DNA of 64,000 nucleotides, taken from positions 93,987 to 157,986 of the forward strand of contig VRVR01000036.1 of NCBI GenBank assembly GCA_009859145.1, written 5' to 3'. The stretch comes from Andalucia godoyi And28 (Eukaryota; Protista; Jakobida). A model generated the notes under the pieces. It was given only the letters and a program-made list of their open reading frames with translations, had not been told where the DNA came from and searched no databases. Both the position numbers and the translations under genes were made by a program. Numbering within the stretch: the first letter of the stretch is position 1; every line of letters starts with the position of its first letter. Below, in pieces: positions 32,801-43,186 of this stretch.

Positions 32801-33139
32801 TGGGCAGGAACAAGTGTGGCGATGATGGCTTCGCAGGCTTTTCAAAACAAACGCCTTGTCAACTTCGCATAAAGCGAATTGGCGATCCATCGGCAATTGC
32901 AGCCAAAAGTCACGAACCAGAAACCTTTCCATCGTCGGATGCCTCTCGAAATTCTCGGTGGAAGCCGGTGTAGATCGATTTCGAACCATGCCTGTATACC
33001 ACTCTTGCGTTACGTTTTCTCTCTTCCCAAAATAATGGTCTGAAAACGGAACTTGCGAAGAAAAAAAGAAAAGGAAAGTGCTTCTCTGCTGCCAAACGAT
33101 CGATCGATCAAGCATCGCACCCTTCACCCCCCTCCCCAC
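29900..33139 (-). CDS. Nst1-like stress-response protein
   Basis: DFWLQLP...VDKAFVLKSL...TCSCPTCGKRR and FQIFVARCF..RIV.A......QRLLDDL match the two conserved fungal Nst1 blocks. The true start is uncertain. Confidence 0.7.
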   Translation of the reverse strand: MGRGVKGAMLDRSIVWQQRSTFLFFFSSQVPFSDHYFGKRENVTQEWYTGMVRNRSTPASTENFERHPTMERFLVRDFWLQLPMDRQFALCEVDKAFVLKSLRSHHRHTCSCPTCGKRRTIFDREVQLFESYCLELERKKYSVPSTNPQFLNGFANGASASGMAAVSGFGAMPQMNGSLVSSSSMSADYMAYLDLRREFPFGSSVCIRDGRIHLSKEYLSDNGRRFSELMDKITAIYGLDDNLSLHGDLWAASYALSHSYNSDSDLSDSDLEGEDDETSNNSGMQDLSDSEESEVSENANVSEDDQSREGGGGDDDDDDDDDDGGGGGGGGGGDDDDDDDDDDDDDDDDDDDGDDYDDEQEDFKENAEHYDRIASGLPKGVTFQEFLQLMLKRRQNAIESKPKAEKPQSDDRVPPLLDAAVAFSVFSANPSLLLSTRVGTVEEAAAANPATMKYPTKSKKSDVGRSQSVDDKVHRRDIRHLQRVFDSRWFFQIFVARCFISRIVLAHRDVVSLLHQQRLLDDLAREDTKKPTKKQEEKNKKKAASVANEKAANKKTHGNASHSRDSSKSSNKKKVVEEVSSEDEADVGRGKGISHGKSQDSNLLESSRTVEVGNAKIILVEDDDDEEVDEPIDDVSKIVDRQDSNADTLCESKSKSATDSPPSAKGETGIHPIAALVLGKLDVSKVESVSDVANAAPLGVDAAVEEYDDDESDDDAVGQVLGGKKKKNKKRGGKKKRNAKLDDEKHAVPATEVVQKSRIAAPSTARNDLGVMPLRSTDRVDGTNAASLSVSNLSVSNPGKATGSMRTKGTAKSSVQLPVASNPHMSPSVSTASASANSVPRTMQGHPSNAPVAAPAFSFAANEPVPAGNVSITTAAASSSFYQQQPAQSNSSSPNSNSTVFNNSSSLFSLFGSVWSSSNPAPVLSMPTQFPGPMNAASSVSQQQQSSPGASIIPLSGHSAQPRSTLAASLSSISASASSSSVHQSVEPLMPFSQADSRIGDDRNASGASIGAPPSLHSIWDQRTVSDHSTAFSFPAMNLFSGDVFGSQYGIGSQAQQQSGSHSGWAAGSSQNNTKPSVW

Positions 33140-33560
33140 TACGGTCGTTGGTATGCCTACGGCGGTTTTGGCGGGAATGTTTGGAAATCCAGCTGATTTT
33201 TTATAGCATCACACGTTCCACATACGGCGACTATGCCCCTATATGAACGCTCCATACACTTGGCAGCTAGTTTGCTCATCTCCGAAAGATTCTTTCAGGA
33301 AATGAAACATAAATGCGCAAACTGTTACAGAGCATTGTCCTAATTTCTAAGGACGGGCTTTGCTGTTTTGGAAAAGGAGACGTCAGCCACATTCTCCATC
33401 TGGAAAAAAATTGGTTGTTTACAAACGCCGTCGCAATGATGAACCATCAAGTCTACGGCTACCACAAATTGCAGTGTGGCTCAGAGACATTCAACAAAAA
33501 AAAAAGGCGAAACTGAGAGGTTTTACGCTCCAAATATCCACATTTATTCATTCAGCATTC

Positions 33561-34631
33561 TTATTGCCGCCATGATTCACGTCGATGTCGATTCCAAAGC
33601 TTTGCGACACTTTGGGAGAAGTCAACACGAATACGTCGATCATCAATAATGCAACCATCCATCTTGACAAATGCGCGCTCGCAATCTTGCTGATTGTCAT
33701 ATTCCACAAACGCATAGCCGAGACTCTCTCGTGTCTCTCTATGCCGAATCACCTCACAGCTGACCACCTTTCCGAACCTCGAAAAAATAATGGCCAGGTC
33801 GTCGTCACAAGTGCAAGGATTTAATTTGCACACAAACAGAACCGTCTCGGGAGGACGGGCGTCGGCGTCTGGCAGGTCCCCTAGTACTTCGAGAACAACA
33901 GCACGGGCATGAGAATCAACGTCCCTCACAAATTCATCCACCTCATTTCTGCTCAAAAAAGTCGGGACTGGTTTCGGCAAGACGCCTTCAGAATTTCGAC
34001 GAAGAGAGGGATTGATCGAAGTCCAATTCAATTCAGAAAGGTCTCCAGGATCCTCGAACGGATCGTCAAGAATGTGCGTACTCAAGATTCGCACTTCTTT
34101 AAAAGGTATTTTTGAAGACACATCGACTACAAGACTGTTCATCGTCCGCAGCACGTCGAATCCCTCTGCTACTCGGCCAAAAATAGTATGCTGCCGATCC
34201 ATATGAGCAAGTGGCAATTTGGATGTTGTGATGTAGAACGGAGCAGAATTTGCATTATGTTCACCAAAATTTACATACCCAACCATTCCGAATTGATCAT
34301 GCAGAAGAGAATCATGCCGCTCATCCTTAATGTACCGCAGTCGTTCTTTCTCCGACTGCGTTCTAGACAAAATGCCAAAGATTGAGTAGCCACGAGCATC
34401 ACCAACATCCAATTTCTTTTCATGCGCCACATGGAGATCTGCCACATCCAATTCACGAGTATTGGGGTTGCCCATCTGTACACAGACATCCTTCTGGATG
34501 AAATGTACGAGCGAGTTGGAATAGTATCCGATCTTGCACAGCTTCAAAAAATTCATGGCAGAATCGGGAACCTCGTCGACAAAAAGATCAATAACGATGT
34601 CTCCGAGAGAAGTCTCCAAGAGCACAGCCAT
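33561..34631 (-). CDS. PPIL4: Cyclophilin-RRM protein (PPIL4-like)
   Basis: MAVLLETSLGDIVIDL, NFLKLCKIGYY, HTIFGRVAEG, ILDDPFEDP, LFVCKLNP and IDDRRIRVDFSQSV. Confidence 0.95.
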   Translation of the reverse strand: MAVLLETSLGDIVIDLFVDEVPDSAMNFLKLCKIGYYSNSLVHFIQKDVCVQMGNPNTRELDVADLHVAHEKKLDVGDARGYSIFGILSRTQSEKERLRYIKDERHDSLLHDQFGMVGYVNFGEHNANSAPFYITTSKLPLAHMDRQHTIFGRVAEGFDVLRTMNSLVVDVSSKIPFKEVRILSTHILDDPFEDPGDLSELNWTSINPSLRRNSEGVLPKPVPTFLSRNEVDEFVRDVDSHARAVVLEVLGDLPDADARPPETVLFVCKLNPCTCDDDLAIIFSRFGKVVSCEVIRHRETRESLGYAFVEYDNQQDCERAFVKMDGCIIDDRRIRVDFSQSVAKLWNRHRRESWRQ

Positions 34632-35182
34632 TTCTGCTGCGAAACAAGTACAGTGCTCTTTCAAAGAAGTCCGATTAGAAACAAATATATACTAAGGATA
34701 TTTGGATATTTGCAGAAGTCGAGTTCTTTTTCGAATGATTATTTTTTGACAGCAAAATAAAAAAGCAATTTGTCCGGCAAGGAATATTTACCAACAAATC
34801 GTCCGCTGCTGCATGCATGCATGAGCACACCACGTTATGATCCGCTAATAACCCTCCAACCTAAATGTCTGGCGGACGGCTGTGAATATCATCGGATAGC
34901 ATGGCCGAGTTGGCAGCCGTCGACATTGCTGTTGAAGGAAGGCCGACCTCCCCCCCTGCAGACCAGCTGATGTTGTTGTTGCTGTCGTTGTTGTTGCTGT
35001 TGTTGTCGCGGCGGCGTAGGTGTGCAGGTCGAGGCCCAATGAGACGCTGTCGAATATTGACAACCGATTCCTTGTAATCGATGTTGGGCGATGATGCGGA
35101 TTTATAAAGTCACTATACGCCAAAAAATAAATCTGTCTGAGGCACAGCATGCGAGCCAGATGTTTGGAGAGTAGTACTTTAC

Positions 35183-35276
35183 CCCACTCACTCAGAAATT
35201 TCAGACATTGCCATTTCGGTCGCCTTTTTTCCATTCATGTCAGCCCATCGCCACTCCGATGCCCATCGTGTGCGGC
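35183..35276 (+). repeat. Dispersed ~95-bp repeat, copy B
   Basis: Partner of 26341-26433. Confidence 0.85.
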
Positions 35277-35651
35277 CCCGTTCTCTGCTCAAGATAGGAG
35301 AACTGTTCATGTGAAAAAAGACTGCTGTATGTATCTCGCACGAAAGGGCGTTGTGGTAGCGAGATTGGTGCGCGTGCTCCACGGTCCACCATCCATGACC
35401 GGTGGTGAATCGTGGTGTGTGTCGGCTGCTCGAGAACCGCGAATGACGCGTTCTTCCTACTGCTGTAAAAAAGAGACGTATTTTCATGAAATCGTCACTT
35501 GATGCTCGGCATGTGTGGACTTTTTTGGTCGCTGGGAGTTTTTGGGAAAGCCCTATTCTTTTCATCTGCAACGCAAGACAAGGAAACAATGGACTTTTCT
35601 GGAATTGGATTTCCTTGATCTTGGTGAATCGGACCTGTGCTGTATTAGATC

Positions 35652-37157
35652 ATGTACGACGATAGCAGCGACGGTGCCAATGAGTGCCCTCTTTGCCTGG
35701 AAGAGATGGACGCAACGGACATGGGATTCAAACCGTGCGTTTGCGGATACAAAATTTGCATTTGGTGTTGGAATCAAATCAATGAGCGCTTCGACGGCCG
35801 GTGTCCTAACTGCCGACGCGAGTATGATACTGCGAATGTTCAGTTTGAGGAAGTTTATGCAGATTCAGGTTCTCGAGAATCTCAGAAGCTGAAGAAGAAG
35901 AAATCAACAGGTGCCGTCTCCAGCGGGTCTGCTGCGGTATCTGCTCCGCGCTCGTCTTCCTTTTCTGCAACTGGTTTTCCTGCTTCTGGCGCCAATGCAG
36001 CAAGGCCCCCGTCTTCTGGAAATCCCGGACTTCCGCAGCCGAGCGCGGTTCCAATTCCTTCTATTGCTATCCCGTCTCGACGCGATTTGGCGAACGTGCG
36101 AGTCATCCAGAGGAATTTGGTCTATGTTGTTGGTTTACCACCATCGCTTGCTCGAGAGGACCTTCTTCGATCTCCAGAGTATTTCAGCCAATACGGGAAG
36201 ATATTGAAACTCGTTGTCAACAAACCGCACTCTCAACAAAATCCACGGTCCAGTTCGTTTTCTGCGTACGTGACATTCGCAGAACCTATTGCGGCGCGTG
36301 CTGCAATCGAAAATGTCGATGGTGTCGTTGTCGATGACCGAACAATCAAAGCTTCTTTTGGCACAACGAAGTACTGCTCTTACTTCTTGAGGGGAATTCA
36401 GTGCACTAATCCCGAATGCATGTATCTTCATGATCTCGGGGACGAGACTGATACCTTCACGAAAGAAGACATGATCCTCCGGAAGGCCTCTTTCCAGAAT
36501 TCCATTCATCCCCCAAGCCACCCGGAAAACGATCTCTGGCAGGGCCCAGGCTTCCCTCCTGTTGGACGAGACGCATTCGAAGAACCTTATTATGACGAAA
36601 GCGAAGAAGAAGTCCCTCAACCAGCTCCCGTGCAAAGTCCGACCGTCGCTCAAGCTGCCACAGCAAGTGACTTTCGAGCTTCTTCGCAAGAATGGCCCAC
36701 TATTCAGTCCGCTTCTCAGAATAACAGACCGTTTGTGCCGAAGACACCAGTGAAGAAACTGCTTCCTTCCGGAGCCCAGACATCCCAGTTGTCCAGCAAC
36801 AATCCTTTTTCGCAAAAGGCATCAACAAGTCTTGCTGTTGGGGGTGTCGCGCCACAAGAAGCCGGTGCTTCAGTAGAGAATCTCGGCACATCTGCAATCC
36901 CGACTTCCGACCAGTTTTCCACAGCAGGCCGGCGGGATACCCCGGTTTGTGCTTTTTTCCGCCATATTGTCCCAATGCCCAGAGCTTCTGTGCAGTGGGC
37001 TGCGATGAATGCGGTATCTTGGTCGTTTTCTTTGCTGCCACAGTCTACAGAATTTGTCACGAAGTCTGTTGATGAACTGCTACCAGAAGTATTGTCGGAC
37101 TACACCAGAGTACCTAGCGTCCCGGTATCTCATTTCCCTGGCTCTGTTGCACAATAA
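35652..37157 (+). CDS. CNOT4: CCR4-NOT subunit 4, RING E3 ligase
   Basis: C4C4 RING (CPLCLEEMD..CVCGYKICIWCW..CPNCRREY), RRM (VRVIQRNLVYVVGL) and CCCH (FGTTKYCSYFL..C.NPECMYLH). Confidence 0.96.
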   Translation: MYDDSSDGANECPLCLEEMDATDMGFKPCVCGYKICIWCWNQINERFDGRCPNCRREYDTANVQFEEVYADSGSRESQKLKKKKSTGAVSSGSAAVSAPRSSSFSATGFPASGANAARPPSSGNPGLPQPSAVPIPSIAIPSRRDLANVRVIQRNLVYVVGLPPSLAREDLLRSPEYFSQYGKILKLVVNKPHSQQNPRSSSFSAYVTFAEPIAARAAIENVDGVVVDDRTIKASFGTTKYCSYFLRGIQCTNPECMYLHDLGDETDTFTKEDMILRKASFQNSIHPPSHPENDLWQGPGFPPVGRDAFEEPYYDESEEEVPQPAPVQSPTVAQAATASDFRASSQEWPTIQSASQNNRPFVPKTPVKKLLPSGAQTSQLSSNNPFSQKASTSLAVGGVAPQEAGASVENLGTSAIPTSDQFSTAGRRDTPVCAFFRHIVPMPRASVQWAAMNAVSWSFSLLPQSTEFVTKSVDELLPEVLSDYTRVPSVPVSHFPGSVAQ

Positions 37158-39305
37158 ACTTCACACAATTGCACTGAAAAAGCATTCGACATATTCTGAT
37201 TCTCCTGGACGTGCAACCCTGTGAAGGATCCACAAACAACTGCTCGGTGAAAGAGCCGTAAAAACCAGACAAAAAGTCGTAAACACATTTACGTACAATG
37301 GTTCGTCAGTTGTGGAATGCAAAAACAGCAGTAATCAACAACGGATGCCTCCTAGCCAGATCGATGTACTAAAGGAAGCACAGGAATCTCACTTCAGGAC
37401 GAGTAAAGGAATCAAGCAAATAAAACCAAGTTCAAAAGTCGAAGGGAAAAAAACATGAGGAAATATATAAATCAAAAGAGTACAAACAACCATGCAGCAT
37501 ATCACTATGAACGAATTACTTCAACGTTTGCAAGATAAATTAGCCAAACGCCAATGAAAATCGGACGCGTTTTGAGACCGCATACCTGCAACACACATTT
37601 GCAACGAATCGCCAGCGACCACGTGCCAGAACCATGAAAACAAAGGAGAAAATCATTTGACGGGAATGACCGAGAACCGGAGAAGGCAAAGAAAAAGAAT
37701 CGGAAGAACAGTACACTACTTACACAGACAACACCTGACCGTCGGAGAGGAGAACCCTCGTAAAATGTGTAAATACAGCCTGGGAACAACGCAAACAGTT
37801 TACCTGTCTAGGTCCAAATGGGCAAGTCCTCCCGATTTTGGGAGCCGGACGGATTGTAATACATCCAATGCCAGATAAAACGAGGGATAGTGAAGCATGG
37901 TTTGTGTCAATAAGATTTTTTATACAGAAAACAAAACAAATAAACATACAAAGAACTCCTTGAATATGAAGTCGGAGTACTGTTCCTCTGTAACCTCATA
38001 CGTCATTAAAAAAGTCATGACGTACGTCACACCGTACATGGTAACGGACCACTATGATGTTGCCCCCTGCAAGAGTTAACTGCAGCCCGGTAAGACACTG
38101 TTTCTCAACAAGACTCCCTCCACCAGCCCGGGAAAACCGAATTCCAGGGAGAAAAGATAAAAAGCCAGTATTCTGCATTTCAATGAACAAAACTCGCCAG
38201 TACAGGAAAGTTCTGAAAACACAACGCATACGTCGTCAGCTGTGGAATATCAAATAACCGTTGATAACAAGCGACTGTCAGGATGGACACAAAGCTACCA
38301 ATAATTTGCGGACAGCCTTACCAGAACAGTGTAAACGCCAACATTTTGCAGTTCCGACTCTAACGTTTAGCGGTAGCAGATATTCGACATTCACTAGCTG
38401 ACATTCTAGGATATTGCGACTCTGCTGAACTTTCAAGTGAACGCCGAAGATTGCCTTATCCGCAGAAGCCGATGAGATTCGACAGAGGCGCATTCACGCG
38501 GAGTCCGCTGTTGATAATCCGCCTTCGGAATTCCAACGTAGGCCTGCAAACCTTTTGTTGGTGCTGGATAATGCAATAGCAAACCAGACTTTTTGCATCG
38601 TGGGCTTTTGTTGCCTGCGTCACAAGCACATTCCGACACGGCGATTCCTCTCGTTCTGGATTGTGCGTAAATACATTTTGACTCTCGACATTTGGTCGTC
38701 GGTTTTGAAGCAGCTGAATTTTTCATCGAATCTTCGATATTGTGGTGCTGTTGCAGATTGTTTGGCGACGATGGCAGTATGATCATGAACAATATTGCAT
38801 CCCATTATACTCTGTCACAGCCCCAAACCTTCTCTGACAACGATTGGACGGAGGAAACGGACGCTGTTGTCGAGGTGTCTTCTCCGCGGCCTGCACCGTT
38901 TTCAAGTCATCGTTGTTTGGCTGTTACTCTCGCGATTGTTATCGCGAACGCTGTTCAGCTTTCTTTTTCCGTCCGCGACACCGACAGTCAAAAGAACTTG
39001 TGTGTCGTTCGCGAGGTCTCCACCGGGTCCTCTGACGGAACGATCTGCGTTTTACGGGTTAGGAGTCCGTCATCCCCTGTCTCTCAGCTTTGTCGGTGGT
39101 AGCCGACTGACCGTTTGAGGAGAAAGCAGATTTATTAATCGTCACGTGAAATTATGGAAAGACGTTTATCGTGAAGGACGTTCGTTGAGAGAAGATTTAA
39201 GACATTAAACGAAAGCAACAAACGGCAGAACTCCACACCAAAGCCAGCGATCGTGGTAAAAGGATAGTTAACTTCAATTCCCTCGACAAGTTTCTCAGAC
39301 ACTGT

Positions 39306-41489
39306 TTAATCATCATCATCCTCGTCGTCGTCGACATCATTCTCAATTGCTCGGATGCTCGAAAACATCAAGGTGGACTGAACATGTCCGAGGTTTCCGG
39401 CAGTTTGTTCAGAAGGATTTTTGTCAGTACCAGGTAGTGAAACACCGTGATCTGGATGTCTTGACTCCTCGTGGTCCTCCATTGCTGGGTCCGTAAGGAG
39501 TGCTCGATGCAATGCAGCTCCAGAGTCAGGGTTTTCCATGTGAATGTGCAACGGAACCTCCTTGAATGCGCGAAATTTTCCAACGTTGTTCACGTGCTCA
39601 TTTTCTACCCGAACCAGGTTCCACACTGCCTTTCTGAACACTTCAAAAACACCAAGAATCAAAAACATCGTCCACACCCCAAATGTTCGCAAGTCAACCA
39701 AAAACACCAAAGCCCAAGAAACTCGACAAACGATGTTGACGAGAACAGCGAACGGATGAAACAAACGCGAACGGAAACAATTCCTTTCACGCACGGCGGC
39801 CCATGGAAGTATTCTCCAATCCTCAACAAAATCCCAGTACAAACGAACAACTGTCGACAATACATTCAACAGGATCCAGACGGTTCTCCACGCATTCCAC
39901 GATGTTCCCCAAGAAAAAGATTCCGCAAACGCGATGGAAAGCATGGCTAAAGACAACACAAACTTCACGGAGTTGGACAAATATGGATGGATTTTCTTCT
40001 TGTCATATGATCTCCGAAAACACTGCATCAACCGAACATATGATGGAATCATAGAAAGAAGATATGTTAGGCTGACAGACAACCCATCGCATACAAGCAA
40101 AGAGTCAGTCAATCCAGAAGCAGCAGCGCGAATGCAAAATGCGTACTGCAAATCCCCAAGAAAATATGACAAGGAAGATAACTGGTCAGCGATGAAAAAT
40201 TCAGGAAAATGAACAGTCAGAAACGGAGAACACAACAGCCGGAGAACAGCGGAGAGAAGCCATCTGCGCGACGTCCAAAAGAACCGTGGCCAAGGAGACA
40301 GCAAACAGAACAACAAAACAGCGCATGCAACCAAAGGCTGATACGAGGATGGCAAAAGGAGATGGGATCCGTGCTGTTCATACGAGACAGATTTGACGTA
40401 CGCAAACATAGAACTGAATATCACTGCACCGAAACAAAGGCACAAATACAAATAGCGAGAAGGGGACAAGTGATCACGGGGATTCAGATCAAAAATAAAG
40501 ACGTAATTGATCTGAAATTCAGTAAAGAAATAGAATGCAACTGCCAATGATGCTGCCTGTGCGAACACAAATGCCACAGCTCGGTAAACATTGAACCAGA
40601 CAAAATTGTACTTCCAGTCTAGGCCTTGATTAAAAGTAGCATTGACGTCATAAATGATATCCAGTACAAGAACGCCTATACCACCAAGCAACAAACCCGA
40701 AAGAAACAACGCATAACGGTCCTTGACAGACGGGAAGGACGATTCTTGTGATGACGGCGAGACCCGCAGTAACCTCGACGCAGCTTTGAGATCTCCTCCC
40801 ACAAAATTGACAGCGTACAACTCCTTCAATTCATCCAATATCATATCTATCGCTTGCAGATCGAAAAACGGTGTATTCCGCAGCATGGACTTGACGGTGG
40901 GCCAGATCGTCGAGCACAACACCTTATCATATTTCTTGGAAATTTTCAAAAATCCAGTGGCATTCATCACTGCAAAATTCCGCAGCATTTCCAAATCTCG
41001 ATAAAACTCCAAACAAGCCAGCCTCAGGTTCGCCTCCAGTTCTCTGGGTCGCTGCTTTCCACCGGGCCACTTCAGCAACATGTCTTCCATTACTGTAATA
41101 TTCGAATGCAAAGTGACAAGTTGTTGCTCATAGAACGCAGAAACCTTTTGAATCTCTTTTGAAATACTAGCCAAGAAGACTCGGTCTTCGTGATTATGAG
41201 CCAAATCCTCTCGTGACTCGGAATGATGAATTGCGGACGCAGCGAAGGCATCTGAAGTCGTTTCGTTTCGTCGCCGGGCATTGATCACTTTAAAAGTATC
41301 GTCCAGGATTTCATCTCCGTGATTTCCTAGAAGGGAGACGAACGTAGTAGACTGTGAAACCTCGCTGGAAGCATCCCCAGACTTCTCCATAAGCAGCCTG
41401 GAAATGAGTTTCTTCAACTCTTTGTAGCTAACATACTGACTCTTCCATTCCGGAATTAAATGATTCTCCAAATATTTTGCAAACCTCAT
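39306..41489 (-). CDS. XPR1: SPX-EXS phosphate exporter (XPR1/SYG1/PHO1 family)
   Basis: MRFAKYL..IPEW..YVSYKELKK, NATGFLKISKKYDK, INYVFIF, FFIADQLSS, RLMQCFRR and EVFRKAVWNLVRVENEH. Confidence 0.94.
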   Translation of the reverse strand: MRFAKYLENHLIPEWKSQYVSYKELKKLISRLLMEKSGDASSEVSQSTTFVSLLGNHGDEILDDTFKVINARRRNETTSDAFAASAIHHSESREDLAHNHEDRVFLASISKEIQKVSAFYEQQLVTLHSNITVMEDMLLKWPGGKQRPRELEANLRLACLEFYRDLEMLRNFAVMNATGFLKISKKYDKVLCSTIWPTVKSMLRNTPFFDLQAIDMILDELKELYAVNFVGGDLKAASRLLRVSPSSQESSFPSVKDRYALFLSGLLLGGIGVLVLDIIYDVNATFNQGLDWKYNFVWFNVYRAVAFVFAQAASLAVAFYFFTEFQINYVFIFDLNPRDHLSPSRYLYLCLCFGAVIFSSMFAYVKSVSYEQHGSHLLLPSSYQPLVACAVLLFCLLSPWPRFFWTSRRWLLSAVLRLLCSPFLTVHFPEFFIADQLSSLSYFLGDLQYAFCIRAAASGLTDSLLVCDGLSVSLTYLLSMIPSYVRLMQCFRRSYDKKKIHPYLSNSVKFVLSLAMLSIAFAESFSWGTSWNAWRTVWILLNVLSTVVRLYWDFVEDWRILPWAAVRERNCFRSRLFHPFAVLVNIVCRVSWALVFLVDLRTFGVWTMFLILGVFEVFRKAVWNLVRVENEHVNNVGKFRAFKEVPLHIHMENPDSGAALHRALLTDPAMEDHEESRHPDHGVSLPGTDKNPSEQTAGNLGHVQSTLMFSSIRAIENDVDDDEDDDD

Positions 41490-41856
41490 TCTGTCTCAGA
41501 ACAAAATACGGTACATCACAGACTGCCGCACACTATGATCAGAATCTGCTGAAAGGCATTAAAAAAAAGGTTGCTCAAGATCATCGAAAGTTCAAAAAAC
41601 AAAAGCAAAAACAAAAACAGAATAATAAAATAATGAAGATATTCCAATCCTGCGATTCACAAATAGTCTCCTCAACTTCCGTTTTTCTTGCGGCAGACCT
41701 TGCAGCATCAAGAACAAGCATCAGTTCACTCCCGAGCTCACTTCCAGGGCCTTTTTCGTTTTGCGCCGAAAACGTGACTCCTCTGTTCAATGGGTCACAC
41801 TGACTCGCTGTCCAATACCGCAGGCGACTTGGAATACGGGCAGCAAGCTGTTTCGA

Positions 41857-43134
41857 ATGAAGAGGACAGAGGCTCCAGGTTCCGCTTCGTCGCACAGTAG
41901 GCCGGCGAAAGAATCTCGACGGGCTGCTTCCGGCGCTGGATCCTCTGTTTTCAACCGGGCTTCATTGGAGAGTTTTGTGCATCCGCTGCGACCGTCGAAG
42001 CCAATTCGAAGACAGGAGGGAGATGAAGTACGCTTTTTGCGTTCGGATTTGCGGACTCTTGTTACTCGCGAAGGATGCCTTTTTGAGAAACGCTCCGACG
42101 AAATCGGTGTGGCTTACGAAGATGCTGGAGACTTGACATTCACCTTAGTTCACAACGATGGTGATGTGAAGGCACTCTTTGCTCTCGTTTGCTTGAAGAA
42201 TGTGTTCAGTAGGCAGCTTCCAAATATGCCCAGGGAGTATATATGGAGATTGGTGGGAGACCCTCGTCATTATTCTCTAGTTGCGCTTTGGAAGGGATCT
42301 GTCATTGGTGGAATTACCTTCCGTCCGTTTTACACTCCAAAAGTGAATTTTGGGGAGATTGCCTTTTGCGCTGTTTTTAATCACCAAGATACAGAGCAGA
42401 GAGGAGTCGGAGCTCGTCTAATGCAGAATTTGAAAATTGAAGCACTCAAGATGGGGATTGACAACTTCTTGACTTACGCCGATGATACGGCAATTGGTTT
42501 TTTTGCCAAAATGGGATTTTCGAAAAAGATTGGGCTTCCTCACGATACATGGCGGGGGTTCATCAAAGACTACGAACGTGCCACGTTGATGCATTGCTCG
42601 TTCCGCAGAGACTTTGACTACTCATCCGTTGCAGACATCGTGCATCTTCAGAGACAAGCCATTCTTAGCCTGTTCCCGAAACTTTCGACTGCAAGTCAGC
42701 TGCGTACTGTTTTAAGAGTTGCAGAGCCGGAGGTTTCAAGTTCAGATCGGGTTCTTCAGGAGCTCTACGATGCTGTCTTCAAACATGAGGACGCGTGGCC
42801 ATTCAAGCAGAGTATTCAGGAAATCATTGATTCATATCCTGCTTACAGGGACACCATTAAGAATCCTCTAGATCTTTATATCATTTCTGAGAGAATGCAG
42901 AAATCGTTTTATCGGACATATCAGATGTTCATCGCAGATGTTGTCGTGATGTTGAAGAATTGTCAACGTTTCAATGGTGATGGATCCGAGTACTCTCGGT
43001 ATGCGTCCAAGGTTCTCGACTCCTTCAAAATTGCATGCACTTCCAGAGGGAAAGACAAAGAATTTGATTCTGTATTTGAAGGGTTCCGATACATCTTTGA
43101 TCCGGACCAGGTGAAGAAGAACAAGAAGAAGTAG
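41857..43134 (+). CDS. GCN5: Histone acetyltransferase Gcn5 (GNAT plus bromodomain)
   Basis: LKNVFSRQLPNMPREYI, GGITFRPF, EIAFCAV, FLTYADDTAIGFFAKMGF, IKDYERATLM and bromodomain AWPF..Y...IKNPLDL. Confidence 0.96.
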   Translation: MKRTEAPGSASSHSRPAKESRRAASGAGSSVFNRASLESFVHPLRPSKPIRRQEGDEVRFLRSDLRTLVTREGCLFEKRSDEIGVAYEDAGDLTFTLVHNDGDVKALFALVCLKNVFSRQLPNMPREYIWRLVGDPRHYSLVALWKGSVIGGITFRPFYTPKVNFGEIAFCAVFNHQDTEQRGVGARLMQNLKIEALKMGIDNFLTYADDTAIGFFAKMGFSKKIGLPHDTWRGFIKDYERATLMHCSFRRDFDYSSVADIVHLQRQAILSLFPKLSTASQLRTVLRVAEPEVSSSDRVLQELYDAVFKHEDAWPFKQSIQEIIDSYPAYRDTIKNPLDLYIISERMQKSFYRTYQMFIADVVVMLKNCQRFNGDGSEYSRYASKVLDSFKIACTSRGKDKEFDSVFEGFRYIFDPDQVKKNKKK

Positions 43135-43186
43135 CAGTATCAGTGGCATCTTGTAATTCTTCTTTGCCGAAGTTGCTGTTCGTCGA

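Noticed and set aside
34876-34921. 8-bp inverted repeat gacggctg...cagccgtc resembling the left end of the 412-bp element
   Set aside because: It is too short, and no further similarity follows.
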